Shown here piece by piece: positions 55,350-64,000 of a stretch of 64,000 nucleotides of DNA. Made by a program: the position numbers and the translations under genes. Each line of letters opens with the position of its first letter. Position 1 is the stretch's first letter. The notes beneath the pieces are model-generated. The model was not told the origin of the DNA. It saw only the letters and a program-made list of their open reading frames with translations, and made no database searches. Source of the stretch: Eledone cirrhosa (taxonomy: Eukaryota); contig OZ024744.1 in assembly GCA_964016885.1 (NCBI GenBank), positions 60,822,001 through 60,886,000 on the forward strand, written 5' to 3'.

Positions 55350-56100
55350 CTCTTCGATAAACGACGTTTGATTGTCCCGTTGGTATGCCGACAGGGGTTT
55401 AAGAACAAAGAGTTTTTCCGCGTGTACATGTGTTTTCGTCTATGAATATAAATATATATATATTTGTCGTGGATCCAAAGCTAGTGAATTCTAGCTAAGC
55501 CAAGCCAGCCAAGCCAGCCAAGCCAAAGCTTAAAGCTAAGTCACACCAAGTTAAGCTTAAGCTAGTCAAAGCTACTAAGCCAAGTGACAAAGCTTAAGTT
55601 AAGCAAGCAAGCAAGTGAAGCAAAGCTAAACGAAGCTCAGTCGAATGGAGCCGAGACAGTAAAAGTCATAGCTTAAAGAGAGGCTAGACACCATGAAACA
55701 ACACAAGTAACTTCGAAGCCATGTCGGTTTACACCGGAAGTTGTTGTAAGAGGCGTGGGGTGAACGAAAAGGGGGGAGAAATATGTTGGAAATGTTGTCA
55801 GTGCCCGCTCTCTTTCTCTCCCCGCTCTCTCTCTCTCTTTACACATATATAGAAACATACATATATACAAACTATCTATCTATATATATATGTGTACACC
55901 TGCGTATACCCGTCTACCTTTCTCAACATGTCTTTCCATCTTATCAACAATTGGCAAAAACACACACGCATATATTTATATATATACATACACACACGCA
56001 GAGAGAGAGAGAGAGAAAAAAGAGGGTGAGACGAAGATCAGCAATTGAGAAATTTTAGTTTCCATTAAATCGTATCACTCCACCGTCAGTATTGAGTATT
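55350..56100 (-). promoter_or_regulatory. Candidate promoter / non-coding first exon of the POSH gene
   Basis: CpG-retaining stretch without recognisable TEs upstream of the ATG exon; possible donor GAG|GTGTGT at 55350/55349; AAGC(C/T) low-complexity tract 55477-55640. No transcript evidence. Confidence 0.3.
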
Positions 56101-56140
56101 GTTTTTTTTCCTTGTTTACTCTTACGCACACACATATACA

Positions 56141-56172
<32 letters not shown>

Positions 56173-56942
56173 ACATACATATTTAAATACAGCGAGTGAG
56201 AGAGTGTGTGTGTGTACATTTACGGCGTGTATTTTTAGTAAACACATTTTTAACCCCGCTGTGAATAGATGGCTGTTAAGTATCTTTTTCTCACAGTGGC
56301 CAGATAAAGGAGATCAACCCTACTGGTTTCAGTTTTTCTTCTTTTTACTGCTTCATCAAACATAGTTTACAAGGTTTCGTGATCACACAGAGAATGGGAG
56401 CATATAGCCAATGCTAGTGCTCTAAGCTAGCTCTACAATGTGCGCCCCATTCTCATAATAAATTCATTTCAACTTACTGTTTGGTAAGCTGACGAATCTG
56501 GTTTTACCATTTCTTGCTCTGACCACACTCAGAAAATTACTAAACTTACATTTTCAACTACACTGTCCACACTCACCCACCCCAAATGACATGACAGATT
56601 ATAACACCTTACAGTCCTCACATACACTTTTGTATATTTCTACTATGTTCTACACAGCAAAGATGTTTATTTATTGATCGCGTGAAATTATTATATATTT
56701 AATTTAATTATGCAAATTTGTATAAAAGTGCGATTCTCCACAGTTAAGTAATGCTCCTTTCTGGGGCCTACACTTTAAGTGGCTGGCTGGTTAGGTTCTG
56801 GCCCTGCTTATAACTAATTATATCATACACAAATCTGATAGAACTAAAAGTGGTCTGTTCTAATTTGCTTAGCAATCAATGGTTGGCAATGTGAATGAAC
56901 GAATGAATACAATATTAGAAGTATTATTTAGCATTAGGAAAT

Positions 56943-56973
<31 letters not shown>

Positions 56974-56992
56974 TTAAATATGTATTGATACC

Positions 56993-58270
56993 TTAAAAAA
57001 AAAAAAAAAGGGGAAACAAAAACGAAAACAACCATAAATTCACCATCAAGTGCGACAATCGGCTGCACACTACAAGGGTCAATGGAACACTGAGGCAAGC
57101 CAACATGCTTGCAACATTTTCGCGGGTGATGGCGAGGCTAAGGTGCTGAAACAACCAGGCACCCTCGTGAGCATCACCTGACATCTCAGTAAGGCGAGCC
57201 GCCAATGATGACAAGAACTTAAGTGTCAGCGGCCCAAATCCAGTCACAGGCTGGAAAAAATAATTATTAGATAAATCCAGATATTTCTGAATTTTATTCT
57301 GTTTAGCAATGGAAGCAGTGACCCCAACATTTACCGCGGCGTCCATGATGTGGGAGGGAGCAAAAGTGTCAATGACTGTGATGTCCCAGATGAGACGCCT
57401 ACCTTTTACTCAGGGACAAAGGATAAGGCCGTCTGGTCTCTTCCCCTAACTTCCGGATAATCCAGCGAGTTCCAGAACTATGGGAATATTTACCTGAGCC
57501 AGGGCCTATTTAATGATCAGGTTTAGCTTGGTGTGGTGGGTGAAACAACCAGCATTCAGGCGGCAGGACAAACCTCGACTGTGGAGTCGAGGGGCCTATC
57601 ACAGTGACATCTCAGACCCCCACAGACATTGGCTCTCACTCAAAGTGAGATGGAGATGTGGAGCTTGTCCTGCCCTAGAAGGCCACCAATGTTGGCCACA
57701 GGCAGGGCATCAATCCAGTTTGCCAAAAAGTTTGCGCTTGCAGAAAGCAAGCGGCAGCTAGAAAATTGATCAGAATGATTAAAGAGAGAGTTAAAAGTTT
57801 CCCTGGAATGCAGATTGTCCCATACTCTCTGCTTCCATCTATCTTCATCAGTAATGGGAACTGACAAACCTAGCTCTCTCCACTAGTAAAGCTTCGTTCA
57901 TCGCCTAGATGGAACTAGTCCATGCTGGAAAGGAGAGGATGTTGCCTACTAAAGAAGAGCAAGCATGGATGGAGGAAAGAAAGCAATGTAGAGACAAAGA
58001 TGTGCATTTACACAGACCAAGACCTCCAAACCATTTGGGCAACGCAGCTTGGTCGCAGGACTTGGACATTGATCAGACTCTCAAGCTCACTGAATATTAG
58101 GTTGTCAAAGTGTTGGAGAGACGACGAGAATTTGTAAGAAGGACTAACTCTGAGGAAATATAACAATTTAAGGATTGACAAATAATTCCTAAGTATAAAA
58201 AAACCTTGGTGAGGCTCAATGACTTCGAGGTTTGTTAAAAGTTGCTCGAGTTTTGCCAACTTAGATCGAA
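56993..58270 (-). mobile_element. Decayed CRE-like non-LTR retrotransposon 3' part (restriction-like endonuclease)
   Basis: GKRPDGLI (~57421-57446), L.WDITV.DT.APS, K..KY..L..FFQP..GFGP..GD..E...L.Q.LSLAI.R.N motifs typical of CRE-clade RLE domains. Confidence 0.7.
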
Positions 58271-59289
58271 AGATGTTGTTTTTGAATGAATTATATAAAT
58301 AATACTGTTATATATACCAGTAATACCAATTAATACAAGTTGAAGTTTTGCATTATTTACATTACATTTTATTTGATATTTTTTGCTAGTTTCTCATAAG
58401 ATGAATATAAATCTATTTATTCATATTATACCTGTCAGCATGACCAGATTAAAGCAACTGGGATCACTGACCTAAGATGACCCCAATCTCATCGAGCTAG
58501 AGCAAGAAGAAGATGTATTTGACCACTAAACCTTTTTCATTTTCTCAGTTCAATGTTGTGGCTTTGTACTGTTTATAAATCTCAGTAGCAGACCACATTG
58601 AGAGATTCTCACCCAGGATCTTTTCATAGAATGTTAATTTTGTTTTTTGTAAACTGACTGACAATAGGATTGTTATCTTCAAATCAGTCTCTATGTTTCT
58701 TCACTCTGACCCCAAGTACTCCGATTTTAGACTATCAGGTCTTTCAGATAAGGTTTGATAAATACCTGGCTGTTTCAGTTTAGCAACATCAAAGTCTTTG
58801 GAATCTTCCGAAATATACAAACCATTTTACAGACACATAATTCAAAGTTTCTTTACACCAGCTTGTAATCAATGTCACATTTTGCACTCTGAATCACACA
58901 CACACATTATATACATCAATGAGATCACATTTACAGGTGATGATAAAATCAATCATTTAACCATGCTTTGCTCTTGGTGAGTCAATGTAACATTTATCAA
59001 AGTTTTGTGTTGCAAATTGTCAAATTGAGTTCTGAACTAAGTTCAAGAAGCTTCAGACCATTTTAGTTCACTTTACTGATGCCATGCCAACCAAGAACAT
59101 TCCAAGTCAAAGTAATAAATAATACATAACATTCCGTCTGAGCAACCAAAAACGTGTGTGTGCACCCAAACTGCTGCCATGCAACTGCACAGACTCTCTC
59201 TTTTTCTTTCAGATTCAGAAAACGAACAAACCACCCTCTTCCCATTAGGTCTGCTGCTTTAGTGCTGCAACTACCAATGTCAGCACAAT

Positions 59290-59830
59290 GAAGGGTAGGT
59301 CTAAAAAGATTGTAGAGAAGCTAGAGAAGTATCTAGATGTATGCTGTATGCAAGAAGTAAGATGAGGGGAGCTTCAACCAGACTGATTATGGACAAAGAA
59401 CACAGGTGTACATTTTTCTGGGTAGGTATATTGCTGAAATGCTAAAAACATCTGGCTTGGTAAGTTACGAGCTATTCAAATGTATAACTAATCAAATAAT
59501 ACAGGAAGGGGTCATACACAATGAGTATTGCAGCAACATCACTGTAAACTACTACAACGGCAAAGGAGATGCACTAGAGAGAGGTAACTACAGAGGCATC
59601 AAGTTGGTGGACCAGGTCATGAAACTTACTAAAAGGGTTATAACATAACTACTTAGAGACAAAGTCAAACTAGATTAGCTGCTCTCTTCCTTGTGAGATG
59701 ACTCCAGGAGTACTTGGTTAAAAGTATACCAGACATTTGAGAGGGCTCCTCGCTCTATAATCTGGAGGGTGCTAAGGAAGCTAAGTGTAGATGAATGGCT
59801 CACGAGAACCGTACAAACTATGTATAGAGC
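59290..59830 (+). mobile_element. Deleted RTE LINE fragment
   Basis: GIAEMLK...GKGDALERGNYRGIKLVDQVMK matches LINE 9290-9500. Confidence 0.8.
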
Positions 59831-60807
59831 AAGTTGAGTGGAAGATACTGTTTGGAGTCTGTGGGTTTATAGTATATGGCTGTTTCTATTTTGTTGTTGG
59901 TTTTCTTGATAAGGATTATCTCCCATGAAGATAATCGGATAAATGGAAGCATTCAGGTGTCAAACTAAATGCTTTACACTCCCCCGAATCTGAAGATAGA
60001 ATGGGTATTCCAGTGGCTCTGAACCCCTTTTTGTGGAAAAAGTTTCTCCATTCCCCTAAATCTGAAATTTCTGCTAGGGATGGAATTAGTATTTCAATAA
60101 CTCTGAATCTTTGTGGCAATAAAACAAGGTCAATGTTGATGATTTCTTCTAAGAATAAATACCAAGATAGATTTTTTAGAAACAATCACAGCAAGTCAAC
60201 TCTAAGGTCACCCGGCCTTTCAAACCAATCCTAGCTAGACCTTGTATCCACTCCTCAAAGGGTCTCTCACAGCAGTCTGCCAACACAACTATCCCCTGCC
60301 TCCTCCTCCTTCTTCTTCTCCTCTCCCCTCCTTCTTCTACCCTCTCCTACTACCAGTCCCAACCAAGCTATAAGCAGAGAAGGATGGACAGAGAAATGAA
60401 CTCTCTTCTCTGAATGAACATGTATGTGAAAATTAATTTTTCTTCCCATTTTTATTTTTATTATTTTATTATCACTATTTGTACAAATATGCAACTTAAC
60501 AATATTCTGCATATCCGCAATTGACAAAACATATAATGCTGAAACTGGTATTGTAAATAATGTTTTTGATATTTCACTGAAAAAATCTCTTCAACATTTC
60601 TACTGAAAGAATCTTTTTCCTTTCTACTATTTGTTTTTTATATATATCAACTCATGTGTTACTTTTCTACATTTGATATATATATATACACACACATGTA
60701 GTGTAGTGGAATTTCATAATAAATATTGAAAATTGGTAGAGCACTTAATCTAAGGGATGAGAAGTGTCATGATTTTTAAAAATTACATCATCAGTACAGT
60801 CTGTGAA

Positions 60808-61785
60808 TACACATGTTTGAGTGGGTCAGTCTAATAATAGACCTTCTTAGTTCCTCAGTTCAAGAGAATATTTGTGTTGGTTCAGTTCTTCTTTTATTAG
60901 TGGTTAGGCCTGTAGAAGGCCTGAAAAGGGGAGGAAACCTTTTTTGTTTGAAGGAATGACAGATGAAGAGAGCTAACATATTTCTTATTTATAGGCTTTT
61001 ATAACTGAGCTGTTAAGAGAGTCTCTCCATATTAGAGGATTATAGAAGCTAAATTTTCTTAGGGAGAGGTGAAATGTATGCCTAAGTGTGTTCTGTGTAT
61101 GAAAGATTCTTAGTCTGGGTTTTCCAGTTTCTAAGTATACATTTTGACAGCAGTCGAAGAAGTCTGCTCTCATATTTTGGCAGTTATTAATGGAGTGTAG
61201 CTTTTTTAGGGGGTTTCATCTTTCGTTTGTGCATAAATTGAATGACTTCATTCTGTTTGAATAGGACTTAGAACTTTCTAGAATCCTCTATTTAATGGAG
61301 AAATCTGTGCTGCTATCCTTGAGGGTTCATGTGTTGCTTGCAAATTTCATGGCATATCTCTTATCTGGGTGCCTAAAGATTGTTTCATGGTTAAGGAAAT
61401 GCTTAATTGACATCCAGTAAGCCACCAAAGATGCACCTCCCACTTGCTCCTTTCCTACACCCAAACAAACTCCTGCAGATCTGTACCTTATTGGACCTCT
61501 CTACCTTATTGGACCCAACCCTTGTAGCTTCTCCATTTCCTTAACAGGTTGATAACAATAGTTTATGAATAGATACTAGCTCCCTTCAGCTGTCATTCCA
61601 ACAAAAAAAGCTTGCTTCATCCTTTCAGGCTTCTGTACACATAACCACTAATAATTATTGCCCCTTTCTTTGGAACTCATTTATAAAAGAAGAACTGAAT
61701 CAACACAAACATTTTCTTAAGATGGCTGAACTGAGGAACTGAGAGGTATTATTATTAGACTTACCCAATGAAACATGCATCCAGA
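60808..61785 (-). mobile_element. Decayed Penelope-like element with inverted terminal repeats containing HHR-like cores
   Basis: Minus-strand translation NHETIFRHPDKRY...TLKDSSTDFSIK*RILESSKSYSNRMKSFNLCTNE (GIY-YIG C-part); 60808-60897 is an inverted copy of 61683-61780, each with CTGAGGA...(G)AAACATG. Confidence 0.6.
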
Positions 61786-61844
61786 AAATATAATGTTGAT
61801 GTAATAATCATTTATATATATATGTATACATGTATTTATATATA

Positions 61845-62690
61845 TGAAGCATGCATGAGCCGATGGATGTGTAATAGTAATATACACAAATGGCAAAGCA
61901 TAAATGAACTGAGAGAAATTAGGCATAAGAGGGATCAGATGCAGTATATTAGAGAGGAGATTGTGATGGTGTGGGCATGTGATGCATATAAAGGATGGCA
62001 GTGGTATAAAAAGGTGCAGGGCGATCAAAGTTGATAGAAACTAAGAACTAGGAAGGTCCAGTAAAACTTGGGATGAGATGATAAAAGCTGACCTTGCGCA
62101 ATTGCACCTCTCAAAGACAATGACACAGGATCAAGATATTTGGCATACAGAAGTCACGCCTTCCCATGCACACAGACACAAACATACATCTAGTAGGCAC
62201 CTCTTAACCACTATGCTGCTGCCATACACCTCTCACGCCCCAATACCTACCCATCCACTTTTGCCCACACCACCCTTACACTGTAAATTTATGTTGGTAT
62301 CGCAACAAAAAAGTATCCAGCCCACACTGTAAAATGGTTATGTAGGTGTCACAACAAAAAACACCCAGCCCACACTGTAAAGTGGTTGTGTTGGAGTCTC
62401 GACAAAAAGCACCCAGTACACACTGTAAAATGGTTATGTAGGTGTCACAACAAAAAACACCCAGCCCACACTGTAAAGTGGTTGTGTTGGAGTCACGACA
62501 AAAAGCACCCAGTACACACTGTAAATATTGTTGACATTAGGAAGGGCATTCAGCTGTTTCTAACCAGAAACAGTCCTATATGAGTAAGACACAATCACTT
62601 GACTCAACTTGCCTCTAATGGGGCAACCCGTCTAACCCATGCTAGCATGGAAAATGGACATTAAACGATGATGACGATGATAATGATGAT
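61845..62690 (+). mobile_element. RTE 3' fragment with tandem subrepeats and (ATG)n tail
   Basis: Similar to 39270-39927. Confidence 0.75.
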
Positions 62691-62992
62691 ATATATGTAT
62701 ATATATTAGTACACTGGAGGGTTATATCCGTAGTAGTAGAGCACTCAGTCCATGGGACGAGTTTGGTAGAAGTAGTTCCACAACAGTTAATTCACCATTT
62801 CCAAGAACAATTTGTTTGACTTTAGATGAAAAAGAAGTTGAAAATGCAATTGGAGTCTTTAAGAACATTTATTTACAATAATTTATAACTTTAATAGTTT
62901 CACAAGTTTCATGATTTTCAAAAGGTAAGAGAAATGGAGAAATGAGTGGGATATATTAAAAGACCTTACTTCCATTTATATATATATATATA

Positions 62993-63071
62993 CATGGTGT
63001 CCCCAAAATATGTATACACATTTTTGTTAGAATGCTGTTGAAGTATGTATACAACATTTTGGAATACCCTG
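62993..63071. mobile_element. Tiny mariner-like MITE
   Basis: TA|CATGGTGTCCCCAAAATATGTATACAC...GTATACAACATTTTGGAATACCCTG|TA. Confidence 0.55.
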
Positions 63072-63104
<33 letters not shown>

Positions 63105-64000
63105 GTCTGTGTGTACATGTATATGCATATAATTATTTATACATATTATACACACATACAAATATAAGTATGTTATTCATTTGTCTACTCTGCACCCAGT
63201 TCTTCTGCCCTCCAATCTCTTTTCTCATGATATTTGAAGTGCACCTGTTTACATAATTATTATTTATCCATTGTTACTACAAAATTTCTCATCCATCAAA
63301 AGCCATGCTTTTATTCTCCTGCTTTGTCCCATGTTCACACCACTTTCATAATTAACTTGTGTGTTAGTGAATCATATCATTCAGATATACGCTATATCTT
63401 TGGATTACACGTTATTTCTAAATGTGGCCCTCCTTTCTTTTTTTTTTTTTTAAAGACAATATTGTGTGATTTGAGTAGAGAATTCACTCTAGTTGCTTGA
63501 ACACTTTTTTTTAGATATTCCCTTGTTGACTCACACATCTGGAAAAGCTGTTTCCTTTATGTGAAACAGAGTGGTGAAAACATATCACACCTACTTCTCA
63601 GGACATTTCACTGGCTGATCTTCTCCAGAATGCTGTATATCTGTGCTCTTTAAGTGCCCAGCCCAACTCTACTCTATCATCAGAAAATGTCCCCATGTGT
63701 CTCCTACGTATTAAGCAGGACAACACACAATCTCCTTTCCCAACATTCATTGACCAAGAGAACAAGAAAGCCTGTGACGCTACTCTTGCTTCCTACATTC
63801 CCACCTCTGATGCTACTTTCGGAAAAGTCGTTTGGTCCCATAATGCCACTGACCTGTACAATTTCAGCAAGGCTCCAGCCCCACACACCCTCTGCTGATC
63901 TTAAAGATTACCCCATCACCTCACATGTGAAAATCCACTACCCATCCGGATGTCTGATGCACCCGCTGTGATCTCTGCATCTTCTTTGCATCTTCTTTGT

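Noticed and set aside
60700-60800. Extra HHR candidate CTGATGA-TGTAAT...ATTAT-GAAA on the minus strand
   Set aside because: No U16.1/H17 in the right register and stem III cannot form.
63540-64000. Possible retroelement coding remnant at the window end
   Set aside because: No diagnostic motif could be read with confidence.

Overview
AT-rich, microsatellite-rich eukaryotic DNA; the tRNA-head/RTE-tail SINEs suggest an octopod cephalopod (inference). The window holds the 5' half of one minus-strand gene, an SH3RF/POSH-type RING-SH3 E3 ligase. I can reconstruct five phase-compatible GT-AG coding exons (45161-45538, 38104-38147, 6236-6350, 4830-4928, 1895-1990), two of which are absent from the ORF track; the gene continues past position 1. 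Its introns hold a ~14.9 kb quasi-palindromic 26/31-bp satellite with a 2,236-bp higher-order duplication, a nearly intact 5'-truncated RTE LINE, partner SINEs, MITEs and Penelope-like (GIY-YIG) fragments; further Penelope-like and CRE-like fragments lie upstream of the coding exons. The most notable non-obvious signal is a set of minimal type I hammerhead ribozyme (HHR) motifs from several unrelated sequence families. Several sit in small foldback elements that carry an HHR on each strand, the best being 52711-53008. All calls were made by eye; no folding, alignment or database search was run.
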